This document shows positions 28,198-37,660 of a stretch of 64,000 bases of DNA, one piece after another (the stretch's first letter is position 1; every line of letters starts with the position of its first letter). The stretch comes from an uncultured Candidatus Saccharibacteria bacterium (GTDB lineage Bacteria; Patescibacteriota; Minisyncoccia; Phycocordibacterales; SBAW01): NCBI GenBank assembly GCA_964615415.1, contig CAZTNI010000002.1:4873-68872 (forward strand). The letters are read 5' to 3'. Made by a program: the position numbers and the translations under genes. The notes under the pieces are model-generated. The model had not been told where the DNA came from. It saw only the letters and a list, made by a program, of their open reading frames with translations, and made no database searches.

Positions 28198-28815
28198 ATG
28201 GTTATTAACTACCTTGGCGGCGAGTGCTTCAAGATAACTCAGGGCGACCTCACGATAGCGTTTAACCCTCCTTCAAAAGATTCTAAGTTAAAGAGCCCGA
28301 AATTTGGTTCGGATGTTGTCTTTACGTCAATGAACCATGAAGACTTCAATGGTATTGAAAACGTCTCCTTTGGCGACCGCGAGCCATTTATTGTGAGCGG
28401 TCCTGGCGAATACGAAGTAAAAGGTGTTGCGGTGCGTGGCTTCGGTACCGACTCGACCTATGGCGGTGAGAAAACGATCAATACTATTTATAGTATTTTG
28501 CTCGAGGGAACGACGCTCTGCTTCCTAGGTGCCTTGGGTACTGGCGACTTGCCGACCGCCGCGAAGCAAGAACTCGATGAGATCGACATTCTTTTCCTCC
28601 CGATTGGTGGCGAGGGAGTTTTGGACTATGCAGCTGCATACAAGCTTGCGGTACAATTAGAGCCGAAGGCGATTATCCCGATGCACTACACGCCAGAAAG
28701 TTTGAAAGCCTTTTTGAAAGAAGCGGGCGAGACGGTTGCACCGGTTGAAAAACTGACCGTAAAGAAAAAAGATCTCGAAGGTAAGGAACAAGAGATCGTC
28801 GTGCTCCAATCGTAA
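28198..28815 (+). CDS. MBL-fold (Lactamase_B_3 / UPF0173-like) hydrolase homolog, metal motif degenerate
   Basis: VINYLGGECFKIT..., DVVFTSMNHEDF in place of HxHxDH, C-terminal IIPMHYTP. Confidence 0.6.
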   Translation: MVINYLGGECFKITQGDLTIAFNPPSKDSKLKSPKFGSDVVFTSMNHEDFNGIENVSFGDREPFIVSGPGEYEVKGVAVRGFGTDSTYGGEKTINTIYSILLEGTTLCFLGALGTGDLPTAAKQELDEIDILFLPIGGEGVLDYAAAYKLAVQLEPKAIIPMHYTPESLKAFLKEAGETVAPVEKLTVKKKDLEGKEQEIVVLQS

Positions 28816-28816
28816 T

Positions 28817-29065
28817 ATGAAAAAATATATCCACCACATGCGCACTGAGCGCACACCACACCAGCGCCGACAAGCCGCACTGCAAATTGCGAGCATCGTC
28901 ACCGCGGTGTTGTTTGTGGGCTGGATAGCAACACTCGGCGTGCGCCTTGCAACGACCGACAAACTTGCAGATGAAAACACGACGCAGTTGGTGTCGTCTG
29001 TCGAAAGTGGCGTCGAGGCACTGCAAGCGGGGTGGGAAGCATCGTACTATCAAACAAATCGGTAA
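28817..29065 (+). CDS. small membrane protein
   Basis: 82 aa with one TM helix (AALQIASIVTAVLFVGWIATLGV); start overlaps the upstream stop (operon-like). Confidence 0.4.
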   Translation: MKKYIHHMRTERTPHQRRQAALQIASIVTAVLFVGWIATLGVRLATTDKLADENTTQLVSSVESGVEALQAGWEASYYQTNR

Positions 29066-29078
29066 TTACTAATACGGT

Positions 29079-31544
29079 ATGGCAGAAGAGGAGAAGAAAC
29101 CAGGGAATAATGGCAATGGCATTGTAGGCCGCAATATTTCGCAGGAAATGCGCGAAGCGTACTTGGACTACGCTATGTCCGTTATCACCTCGCGCGCACT
29201 CCCGGACGTGCGCGACGGCCTAAAGCCAGTGCACCGCCGCATTCTCTACGCGATGCATCGCATGGGTCTTACCGCAGGCAGCCGCTTCCGCAAGTCGGCA
29301 ACAGTGGTGGGCGATGTGCTTGGTAAGTACCACCCGCACGGCGACGCGTCGGTGTATGACGCGATGGTAAAAATGGCGCAGGACTTTTCTATGCGCTACC
29401 CGCTTATTTTGGGTCAGGGTAACTTCGGTTCTATCGACGGCGACTCTGCTGCAGCTATGCGCTACACCGAGGCAAAGATGTCTCGGCTTGCAGACCAACT
29501 CCTGGGCGACTTGGACAAAGACACGGTTGAGTGGCGTCCGAACTACGACGGGACTCTTAGAGAGCCTGCGGTACTTCCGGCCGCAGTGCCAAACATTTTG
29601 TTAAACGGTACGCTCGGTATCGCCGTGGGTATGGCGACGTCTATCCCGCCGCACAACCTCAAAGAGCTTTCTAACGCGCTCCAGCATTTGATAGATAATC
29701 CTTCCGCAACGGTAGAGGACTTGATGGAATTTGTGTCTGGTCCGGACTTTCCAACCGGCGCCGTTGCGTTTAATAAAAAAGATCTGCTCCATGCATACTC
29801 GACCGGCCGCGGCGGCGTTGTGGTGCGCGGCAACGCAGAAATTGTTGAAGACAAAAAGGGTAACTTCCAGATTGTTATCACCAGTCTTCCATACCGCGTA
29901 AACAAGGCAGACATGCAAGAGCATATTGCCGACTTAGTGCGCGACAAAAAACTGGAGGGCATCCGCGCAATGCGGGACGAGTCGACCCGCGACATTCGCG
30001 TTGTGCTCGACTTAAAGCAGGGTGCGCACCCGCAAAAAGTTTTGAACTATCTCTACAAGCACACGCAGCTTGAGGACACCTTCCACTTCAACATGGTGGT
30101 GTTGGTTGATGGCGTGCCGCAGACGATGTCGCTCAAGGGCATCCTTGAGGAGTTTATTAAACACCGTCGCGAGGTAGTAAAACGCCGTACGCAGTTTGAC
30201 CTTACGAAGGCACAGGACCGCGAGCATATTCTCCTTGGTCTTAAAAAAGCGCTCGACCACATCGACGAGATCATCAAGACGATCCGTGCATCGAAGGATG
30301 TTGCTGACGCTCATAAGAACTTGATGAGTAAATTTAAATTCTCTGCACTGCAGGCAACGGCTATTTTGGAAATGCGCTTGCAGAAGCTTGCAAACCTTGA
30401 GCGCAAGAAGATCGAAGACGAACTCGCAGAGGTACAGGCCCTTATTGCAGAACTGACAGACCTTTTGAAGAGCGACAAGAAGATGCTCGGCGTCGTCCGC
30501 AAGGAAATCGGCGAAGTGTCCGAGAAATACGGCGACGACCGCTTAACGAAAGTTATGAAGGGTGGCGCAGGCATCATTAATATTGAAGACTTGGTGCCAG
30601 ACGAGGAGCAGGTACTTGTTATGACGCAAGGCGGTTACGTAAAGCGTACTAACCCAGAAGAATTTAAGCGCCAGAAGCGCGGCGGTGTGGGCGTTATCGA
30701 CCTCGACACAAAAGAAGAGGACTTTGTAACGACCTTCCTGACGACCTCGACGCACAGCGACGTGCTCTTCTTCAGCGACCAGGGTAAGGCGTATCAAATT
30801 AAATTCTATGAACTTCCGGAAGGGAAGCGCTCAACTAAGGGCAAGGCGTTGGTGAACTTCCTCTCGCTGACTGACACAGAAAAAGTGTCTTCGATCCTTC
30901 CGATGCGTAAAAATCAGAAAGAGGGCGAGAAGTTCCTCTATATGATCACCAAACAAGGTGTCGCAAAGAAGGTAGATGCAACTGCGTTCCACGACGTGCG
31001 TCGCAGCGGCCTTATTGCTATTAAACTCCAAAAGGGTGACGAACTTATTGCAGCACTCTTGGTAGAAAAGGGTGATGAAATTCTCCTTGCTTCAGCAAAG
31101 GGTCAGTCGATTCGCTTTAAGGAAAGTGATATTCGCTCGATGGGTCGCGCAGCAGGTGGCGTGCGCGGTATGAAGTTGGGTAGTGGCGACACCATCGTAA
31201 GTGCCGACGTTGTTAAGAAGGGTCAGAAAAACCTAGAGATCTTGGTAGTGTCGCGCAACGGCTTTGGCAAAACAACACCAGAAAAAGAATACAAGGTACA
31301 AAAGCGCGGCGGCAGCGGCATCAAGACCGTTAAAGTAACTCCAAAGACCGGCCCACTCATTGCATCGAAAGTAATTTCGAAAGAAGAGGGTGTAGGCGAA
31401 GACGAGATTGTAGTTATCTCCCAGAAAGGCCAAGTGATCCGCACTGGTCTTGCAGAAATCCCATCACTCTCAAGAGGCACTCAAGGAGTAAGAATAATGA
31501 AACTCCGCGATGGTGACGCAATCGCCAGCTTTGTTTGTATCTAA
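29079..31544 (+). CDS. gyrA: DNA gyrase subunit A
   Basis: [28 protein letters not shown] with the active-site Tyr region; GyrA-box-like QKRGGVG; 821 aa. Confidence 0.95.
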   Translation: MAEEEKKPGNNGNGIVGRNISQEMREAYLDYAMSVITSRALPDVRDGLKPVHRRILYAMHRMGLTAGSRFRKSATVVGDVLGKYHPHGDASVYDAMVKMAQDFSMRYPLILGQGNFGSIDGDSAAAMRYTEAKMSRLADQLLGDLDKDTVEWRPNYDGTLREPAVLPAAVPNILLNGTLGIAVGMATSIPPHNLKELSNALQHLIDNPSATVEDLMEFVSGPDFPTGAVAFNKKDLLHAYSTGRGGVVVRGNAEIVEDKKGNFQIVITSLPYRVNKADMQEHIADLVRDKKLEGIRAMRDESTRDIRVVLDLKQGAHPQKVLNYLYKHTQLEDTFHFNMVVLVDGVPQTMSLKGILEEFIKHRREVVKRRTQFDLTKAQDREHILLGLKKALDHIDEIIKTIRASKDVADAHKNLMSKFKFSALQATAILEMRLQKLANLERKKIEDELAEVQALIAELTDLLKSDKKMLGVVRKEIGEVSEKYGDDRLTKVMKGGAGIINIEDLVPDEEQVLVMTQGGYVKRTNPEEFKRQKRGGVGVIDLDTKEEDFVTTFLTTSTHSDVLFFSDQGKAYQIKFYELPEGKRSTKGKALVNFLSLTDTEKVSSILPMRKNQKEGEKFLYMITKQGVAKKVDATAFHDVRRSGLIAIKLQKGDELIAALLVEKGDEILLASAKGQSIRFKESDIRSMGRAAGGVRGMKLGSGDTIVSADVVKKGQKNLEILVVSRNGFGKTTPEKEYKVQKRGGSGIKTVKVTPKTGPLIASKVISKEEGVGEDEIVVISQKGQVIRTGLAEIPSLSRGTQGVRIMKLRDGDAIASFVCI

Positions 31545-31556
31545 GTGTACTATTCT

Positions 31557-32795
31557 ATGCCTTCCAGTAAAGAAAAGGGTGATCTGCTGGAAGAGATAAT
31601 TGAAGAACTGTGCGTAGGAATTAAAAATGTAAAAGTATCACGAAATTTAAAAATAATTGGTAAAAAAACTAAAGAAGAAAGAGAAATCGACGTTTATATC
31701 GAAGGAAAACAAGGAGTATTTGATATAAAAATTGCAATTGAATCTAAAAATTATGGAGAACCAGTGGGTGTTGAAAAAGTTGAGAGTTTCAAAGCAAAGT
31801 TAGAAGATATTGCTGCTGATTTAGGTGTAATGGTGTGTCCAACTGGATTTACAGAGCCAGCAAAAAAACGAGCAGAGTTTGACGGAATTCAATTATTTGA
31901 GGTGTATGATGAACGGCTGGGTAACAGCAAATGGTTTATTCCTATTCGTTTCATTGAACCTGAATTAACAAAACATCGCTTTACTTTTAAAGGGAGGGGA
32001 GGTGGTCCTTTCTCAATATCTATAGATTCACAAAAATGGAGATTTCATATAGAAGGGAAAATACTCACAACTGAAGAGTTCACCACCTATCTGTGGAATA
32101 AAGGAAAGATTCCTCAAAAAGCAGGTGAACATAAAATTGATCACGGCGCAGTCGTTATTAGTGAAGAAGGGAATCCAGATAAGGTGCAATATTGTGAAAT
32201 AGAAGTAGATGTTGTAGTTGAAGAGCGATATTTTTTAAAATTAATTCCAGCCTCTTTTCTTAAAAAAACTTCTGAAAATAAACAAAATTTCCAAATCAAA
32301 TTAGATCTCTATTCTAAGGAAAAAGACATGTTAAATAATGGTTGGAGAAAATTTCTCACTTTAGAAGAAATGAACCAAGCGGCAGATATTGAAAATCAAC
32401 CAGAAGGAATTAGGGGTTTAATATTGCATCCGAAGTATACGTATGAGTATGCTAAAAAGCACGAATTGCGTTTGCATCCGCGACCTTTCGAAAAGATTCG
32501 CAGCGGCAAGCAAATAATCGAGTCGCGGCTCAATGATGAAAAGCGTCAACAGATTAAAGTCGGGGACCATCTTGTGTTTGCTTTGCGGCCAGATTTTGTA
32601 GAAAAAGAAGAGGTGGAAGTGGTGGAGCTAATCCATGCGCCCACATTCCGCGACCTATTTCTTTCGCGTCCACTTACGGAATTTGGTATAGAAGATGGAA
32701 ACATTGAGCGAGTAGAAAATATGTACGAATACTACTCCAAAGAAGATGAAGCAAAATACGGAGTAGTTGGTATAAAATTTAAAAAACATGGCTAA
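31557..32795 (+). CDS. Mrr-like PD-(D/E)XK nuclease fused to a C-terminal ASCH (PUA-like) domain; candidate modification-dependent restriction endonuclease
   Basis: N-terminus: EIDVYIEGK ... IKIAIESKNYG (D...ExK restriction-endonuclease core). C-terminus: FEKIRSGKQIIESR...IKVGDHLVF...VEVVELIHAPTF...YGVVGIKFK matches the ASCH fold (compare E. coli YqfB). The N-terminal two thirds are about 32% GC; the ASCH part is about 47% GC. Confidence 0.65.
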   Translation: MPSSKEKGDLLEEIIEELCVGIKNVKVSRNLKIIGKKTKEEREIDVYIEGKQGVFDIKIAIESKNYGEPVGVEKVESFKAKLEDIAADLGVMVCPTGFTEPAKKRAEFDGIQLFEVYDERLGNSKWFIPIRFIEPELTKHRFTFKGRGGGPFSISIDSQKWRFHIEGKILTTEEFTTYLWNKGKIPQKAGEHKIDHGAVVISEEGNPDKVQYCEIEVDVVVEERYFLKLIPASFLKKTSENKQNFQIKLDLYSKEKDMLNNGWRKFLTLEEMNQAADIENQPEGIRGLILHPKYTYEYAKKHELRLHPRPFEKIRSGKQIIESRLNDEKRQQIKVGDHLVFALRPDFVEKEEVEVVELIHAPTFRDLFLSRPLTEFGIEDGNIERVENMYEYYSKEDEAKYGVVGIKFKKHG

Positions 32796-33264
32796 ACCTC
32801 CACAACAGTCGCCGGATTTTCCTGATGCTTTTTATCGTGTGACGGTAAAGGGGATCTGTGTGCGTGATGGAAAAGTGCTTTTTGTGCGCGATGTCACGAA
32901 TAAACATCGTGTAAATGGTTCTTTAGAGCTTCCTGGTGGCGGGCTCGATTTTGGCGAAGATATAGAAAAAGGTTTTGTGCGCGAGGTGCAAGAGGAAATG
33001 GGTTTGAAAGTAAAATGGATGTCCAAAAAACCTTTGTATCTCTGGACGTCGAAACAGGGGTCGAGGCGGGGAATGGAATGGTACTGGGTGCTTGTGCTCG
33101 CATATACGTTTGATGTAGAAGATTTTAACTTCACTCCTACTGACGAATGCAGAGAGTTAGTTTTTCTCTCTAAGGAAGAAATGAAAGAACGTCGCGACGA
33201 CATGGCAACCCAGATTCAATTTTTGGTTGAATATTTTGATCCAAAGGATTTTGAAAATAAGTAG
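32788..33264 (+). CDS. NUDIX hydrolase
   Basis: Nudix box GGGLDFGEDIEKGFVREVQEEMGL (GX5EX7REUXEEXGU); the ATG overlaps the upstream stop by 8 nt. Confidence 0.85.
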   Translation: MAKPPQQSPDFPDAFYRVTVKGICVRDGKVLFVRDVTNKHRVNGSLELPGGGLDFGEDIEKGFVREVQEEMGLKVKWMSKKPLYLWTSKQGSRRGMEWYWVLVLAYTFDVEDFNFTPTDECRELVFLSKEEMKERRDDMATQIQFLVEYFDPKDFENK

Positions 33265-33343
33265 AGCAGATGGTTGACTAACTGAGGTTTTTGTACTATT
33301 ATAGTTTCGGAACTTCCTTACACACAACAGGAAAGGGAATCAC

Positions 33344-33841
33344 ATGGGTTTCTTTAGCTTCTTTTTTGGCGGGAACAAGAAGCCTGCGCGCCAGCAGTGG
33401 CCGCAGGACCGCTTTGTCCCGCCTCCGCCTCCTCCTGCGTCTGCTCATACTCATCGGCGGAAGCCGAGGTATGTCATCGGTCCGAATCGGAAGGTGTTCT
33501 ACCCGCAGCCGAATGGGACCTATCAGGCCGATGACGGCGCGGTCATCAACTCTGTCATCCTCCAGGGCTTGCTCGCGGATGGTGAGGTGGGCGGGTACCG
33601 TGCGGTTGAGACGTTGCCGGCTGACCTGGTGCGTCATCCGCAGCCGCCCAGCATGGGACACGGCGTGCCGGTCTTCGACGCTCATGCGCATCATCGCCAT
33701 GACCACGGACTGCATCATCGTCATGAACCGGCTCACACGCCTTCCGGCTTCGATTCAAGCCCGTCCCTGGGTGGTGGCTCTGACACAGGCGGTGGCTCTT
33801 CTGGCGGGGGCGACTCCGGTGGCGGAGGTGGGAGCTTCTAG
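33344..33841 (+). CDS. Pro/His/Gly-rich low-complexity protein (GC-rich islet)
   Basis: Shine-Dalgarno GGAAAGGGA; PPPPPP, HAHHRHDHGLHHRHEP and GGGSSGGGDSGGGGGS tracts; own terminator. Confidence 0.5.
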   Translation: MGFFSFFFGGNKKPARQQWPQDRFVPPPPPPASAHTHRRKPRYVIGPNRKVFYPQPNGTYQADDGAVINSVILQGLLADGEVGGYRAVETLPADLVRHPQPPSMGHGVPVFDAHAHHRHDHGLHHRHEPAHTPSGFDSSPSLGGGSDTGGGSSGGGDSGGGGGSF

Positions 33842-33865
33842 CACTCTTGTTCTTCTATAATATGC

Positions 33866-33900
33866 AGCCGCGGCACAAAGTGCCGCGGTTTTTCTTTTTG
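33866..33900 (+). terminator. rho-independent terminator
   Basis: CCGCGGCAC-aaa-GTGCCGCGG followed by TTTTTCTTTTT. Confidence 0.7.
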
Positions 33901-33939
33901 TGGTATAACTCCGGTTAGAATTGAACCCGGGAGACAACG

Positions 33940-34362
33940 ATGCAGACAATTGAAGACAAACCAAAGGTAATAGAAAAGGTTGCGTGGACATACATACGCG
34001 ACGGCAAAGTGCTCATGGCTCGCTCACGTGAACAAACACTTTTTTATTGCCCTGGCGGCAAGATAGAGAGTGGCGAGACGCACGTGCAAGCGCTTGTCCG
34101 AGAAATCGACGAAGAGCTTGGTGTCAGTATTGTCCCTGACACGATAGAGGCGTTTTGTTTGGTTGAAGGTCCGGCGCATGGCCGTCAGGACACGCTGCTC
34201 CGCATGCACTGCTACACGGCAGACTATGTAGGAATGCTTACTCCTTCGGGAGAAGTCGAAGAATATGATTTTCTTGGTACTTCCAAAGAGGATCTGGCGC
34301 GAACAACCGAGTCTGGCCGCCTCTACCTTGCGCAAGTGCAGGTGCGCGGGCTTATTGCCTAA
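33940..34362 (+). CDS. NUDIX hydrolase (MutT-like)
   Basis: Nudix box GGKIESGETHVQALVREIDEELGV. Confidence 0.8.
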   Translation: MQTIEDKPKVIEKVAWTYIRDGKVLMARSREQTLFYCPGGKIESGETHVQALVREIDEELGVSIVPDTIEAFCLVEGPAHGRQDTLLRMHCYTADYVGMLTPSGEVEEYDFLGTSKEDLARTTESGRLYLAQVQVRGLIA

Positions 34363-34416
34363 GCGCCTGCATTTGCTACGATGCGCAGTATCTAGCTTTC
34401 AACAAGGGAGAGTAAG

Positions 34417-34713
34417 ATGACGCTTAAGCAGCGTCGGCGCATCAAGCGCCGGAATGGAATTCATGTGCCTACCCGCGCTTCGAAGCGCGGGTGGAAGGCG
34501 CGGGGCTTTATGGCCCTTGCTTTGGCACCGACGCCGCCGCGCGCTCCGGAGCCGGTCGCGGTACGCACTGTGGCGTCCAAGCCTCGTGTGTTGCCGGGGT
34601 CGACCCCTACGAAGCCGAGGGTCGCGCAGTTGCCGGAGTCGCTCATGAAGCCGGTCAGGCGCCCTCGGCGCAAGCAGCCGCATCCCGACGAGGAGCTTGC
34701 AGCAGCCGAATAG
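34417..34713 (+). CDS. small basic Pro/Arg-rich protein (GC-rich islet)
   Basis: Shine-Dalgarno GGGAGAGTAAG; KQRRRIKRRNG; own strong terminator. Confidence 0.5.
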   Translation: MTLKQRRRIKRRNGIHVPTRASKRGWKARGFMALALAPTPPRAPEPVAVRTVASKPRVLPGSTPTKPRVAQLPESLMKPVRRPRRKQPHPDEELAAAE

Positions 34714-34735
34714 CCTGCACTGTTCTTTTAATATC

Positions 34736-34766
34736 GCCGCACCCTCACGAGGGTGCGGCTTTTCTT
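34736..34766 (+). terminator. rho-independent terminator
   Basis: GCCGCACCCTC-acga-GGGTGCGGC followed by TTTTCTT. Confidence 0.7.
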
Positions 34767-34821
34767 AATCGTATCTTTAGCGGCACTGTAAGAAAATAAG
34801 ATCTCACACATCATATAGGGT

Positions 34822-34974
34822 ATGAGAGCGCGATATTATTACTATAGAGACACTGCTGGGGTAACCCTTCTAACACTTGCGGTAGTCACCGCATACTCGC
34901 TCTGGGGTGCCCATGTGCTTAAAGCAGAGAGTTCTGTGGGAGCGGTCTCACAGGCTGTCGCTGTAGAAAGTTAA
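34822..34974 (+). CDS. possible 50-aa hydrophobic peptide
   Basis: Hand-translated: MRARYYYYRDTAGVTLLTLAVVTAYSLWGAHVLKAESSVGAVSQAVAVES. Weak RBS; could be a leader peptide for the 34994 gene. Confidence 0.2.
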   Translation: MRARYYYYRDTAGVTLLTLAVVTAYSLWGAHVLKAESSVGAVSQAVAVES

Positions 34975-34993
34975 TAGTACTATTCACCTATAT

Positions 34994-35743
34994 ATGATGA
35001 ATAAGCAATTTATTGCAGGGTTCGTGCTCGCAGCCTTGGTGCTGGTCGGAGCAGTTACCTTTGCTTCGTGGAATGGGGGCGGCACGCCTGTGGATTCCGG
35101 CAACACGTCGAGCGGCTTGTCGCAGGCAGACAAAACTCGTTTTATTGATACTGTGCGCGCAAAGGTTGTGGCGGAAATCGGTCAGCCGATCGAAGGCTAC
35201 GAGCCGTTTATGTTTATGCGTGTGTATCCGGGGTTAATCGCGCAGGATTTCAACAACATAGATGCGCTCATTGGCCGCTATGTGGTAGCTAATGGTCAGG
35301 TAACCTACGACCTTAATGGCGAACAGGAACTGCATTCTGCAGCTCGTGCGATTTCCGACGAAGGCATGGAGCAGTTGTTTCTGAACATTCTTGCCCGCAT
35401 AAGTTTGATGGCCGGCAGCGACCAGGTTGATGGCGTCTTGAATGCAATTAGCGCAGCTCCAGGTCCGGATCCGACTGTCGGCACAGGAACTGAGACGACG
35501 CTTACGGGCAAGATCACTTGCCTCCCGCACAAGGGTGACGGTCCGCACACTATGGAATGCGCATTCGGTCTGGTGACCGCCGAGGGTAACCACTATGCGC
35601 TGCAAAATCTGTGGGATGTTGCACCGACTATTACCGACACCGAAGTGCGCGTACGTGTTACCGGCGTAGTTTCTACACCGGCAGCGAACGAAAAATACGA
35701 CATTGTTGGTGTTGTAAAAGTAACAAAAGTAGAAAAACTCTAA
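34994..35743 (+). CDS. membrane-anchored/secreted hypothetical protein
   Basis: N-terminal signal anchor (FIAGFVLAALVLVGAVTFA); followed by a terminator. Confidence 0.6.
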   Translation: MMNKQFIAGFVLAALVLVGAVTFASWNGGGTPVDSGNTSSGLSQADKTRFIDTVRAKVVAEIGQPIEGYEPFMFMRVYPGLIAQDFNNIDALIGRYVVANGQVTYDLNGEQELHSAARAISDEGMEQLFLNILARISLMAGSDQVDGVLNAISAAPGPDPTVGTGTETTLTGKITCLPHKGDGPHTMECAFGLVTAEGNHYALQNLWDVAPTITDTEVRVRVTGVVSTPAANEKYDIVGVVKVTKVEKL

Positions 35744-35755
35744 ACAATGTTTCCA

Positions 35756-35782
35756 AAACTGCCCCACTCGGGGCAGTTTTTC
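35756..35782 (+). terminator. rho-independent terminator
   Basis: AAAACTGCCCC-actc-GGGGCAGTTTTT. Confidence 0.7.
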
Positions 35783-35798
35783 GGTATATACTTGGGGA

Positions 35799-36342
35799 GA
35801 TGAACGACAGTTCGTTTTTAAATCCTCTCCAAGCAGTTGCCGCGGCGCATGTGCACGAAGGCATGCATGTTGCGGACTTTGGTAGCGGGTCCGGCTTTTT
35901 TGCTCGCGCAGCTGCGCGGGAAGTGGGCGAGCACGGGGTCGTATGGGCGATAGACATTAACCGCGATCTTCTGCCACGACTGAAAACCATCGCGCATGCT
36001 GAAGGCTTGCGTAATGTCGAAGTGCTCCACGGTAATGTGTCAGAGGAAAAGGGGAGCAACTTGCCGCCCGACTCTGTCGACCTGGTTATAGCAGCGAACG
36101 TGTTATTTACGCTTGAAGACAAAGAAGGCTGCGTTAAGGAAATAAAACGCGTACTTAAAAAGGGTGGCCGCGCTTTGGTTATAGACTGGTCGGACTCTTG
36201 GGGCGGCTTGGGTCCGCACAAAGACCATGTGCTTACGGAGGCAGATGCGCGCGAGCTGTTTGAAAAACATGGGTTTCTTACGAGCGACCCCATTCCTGCG
36301 GGTGCCTACCACTGGGGATTTATCGGTAGGAAAAAGTCGTAA
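35799..36342 (+). CDS. class I SAM-dependent methyltransferase
   Basis: Motif I VADFGSGSGFFA; motif post-I WAIDIN; Shine-Dalgarno GGGGAG. Confidence 0.8.
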
Positions 36343-36364
36343 GGTGCGGCACTATTAAGCAAAC

Positions 36365-37657
36365 ATGTCTACATTTCAAATTATTGTGCTCGGTATATTT
36401 GGCGCATTAGTGCTCCTTGGTGTCGGTGTGTTTGCTACGATGGGGGGCTTGGGTAACAGTAATGCGGTGGGGAATGTAGTGGTGTGGGGTACGCTGCCCG
36501 CACTGACGGTCAACGAGGCACTAGCAGAGGGAGACAAAGACATATTGGGAGGTGTGTCGTATGTATATAAAAATCCTGCTACGTATGAAAAAGATTTAGT
36601 AGACGCTATGGCGAGCGGCAAGGGTCCGGACCTCTTCTTGATATCGACCGAAGAGGTAACTACCTTTGCCGACAAAATCATCCCTATTCCGTATCGCTAT
36701 GTCTCGCAGGGTACGTTTTTAAACTCGTTTATAGACGGCGCACAACAATTCCTAACTCCGCAGGGCGCACTCGCGCTACCGTTTACGATCGACCCGCTTG
36801 TTATGTACTGGAACCGGGACCTCTTTGCGGGTGCAGGTGTTGCAACGCCGCCGGTCTACTGGAACGACTTTTTAGAATTGGCGCCGAAAATAACGTCGTA
36901 TAACGTTGGTTCTGCGGTAAAGAAAAGTAGCGTTGCTCTTGGCGAGTGGCGCAATGTCGACCATGCAAAAGAAATTTTATACACGCTCTTTATGCAAGCG
37001 GGTGACCGTGTTGTGGTGCGCGGGAGTAACGGTACGCCTACGTCAGTCTTTGGGGAAAATACCGCGCGCGTAAACGGTGCAGCGGAGTCTGTGGTGCGCT
37101 TTTATACCGAATTTGCCAACCCGACAAAAACCAGCTACTCGTGGAATCGTTCCCTCCCGCGCTCGCGTGAAGCATTTATTGCCGGCGACTTGGCAGTGTA
37201 TTTTGGGTTAGTGAGCGAGGGAAGCAGTTTTGTCACTCGCAACCCTAACCTGCGCTTTGGTGTAGCGGAAGTGCCGCAGATTGAGGGAAATAGCTCAAAA
37301 TTTACCTACGGCTTACTGAGTGGGCTCGCTATTGCCCGCACGGCGCGCAATCCAAACGGCGCCGTTGTTGTGGCTCAAGAGTTATCTGGACCGGCAGTTG
37401 TTGCGGCGCTTGTGGGCACGACCGGGTTGCCGCCGGTCCGACGCGATGTCTCGGTAAATACCACCGCGAACGCCAGTGTTGGAATTGCTATAAAGTCGGC
37501 GTTGTACTCGTGGGGCTTCCTTGACCCTAATCCACTGGAGACCTCTGCCGCATTTCAGACCATGATAGAATCCGTAATAAGCGGGGCAAATACGCCAAGC
37601 GAAGCAGTGCGGGATGCTGCACAGGAACTTCGTTCACTTATGCCTTCGTCTCGATAA
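36365..37657 (+). CDS. extracellular solute-binding protein (ABC transporter SBP, family 1-like), membrane anchored
   Basis: N-terminal TM anchor, then an SBP_bac_1-like pattern (GPDLFLISTEEV, DPLVMYWNRDLF, VYWNDFLEL). Confidence 0.7.
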   Translation: MSTFQIIVLGIFGALVLLGVGVFATMGGLGNSNAVGNVVVWGTLPALTVNEALAEGDKDILGGVSYVYKNPATYEKDLVDAMASGKGPDLFLISTEEVTTFADKIIPIPYRYVSQGTFLNSFIDGAQQFLTPQGALALPFTIDPLVMYWNRDLFAGAGVATPPVYWNDFLELAPKITSYNVGSAVKKSSVALGEWRNVDHAKEILYTLFMQAGDRVVVRGSNGTPTSVFGENTARVNGAAESVVRFYTEFANPTKTSYSWNRSLPRSREAFIAGDLAVYFGLVSEGSSFVTRNPNLRFGVAEVPQIEGNSSKFTYGLLSGLAIARTARNPNGAVVVAQELSGPAVVAALVGTTGLPPVRRDVSVNTTANASVGIAIKSALYSWGFLDPNPLETSAAFQTMIESVISGANTPSEAVRDAAQELRSLMPSSR

Positions 37658-37660
37658 CGT

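Noticed and set aside
28198-28815. Calling the MBL-fold gene an active metallo-hydrolase
   Set aside because: The HxHxDH zinc motif is degenerate (SMNHEDF), so I report only the fold-level call.
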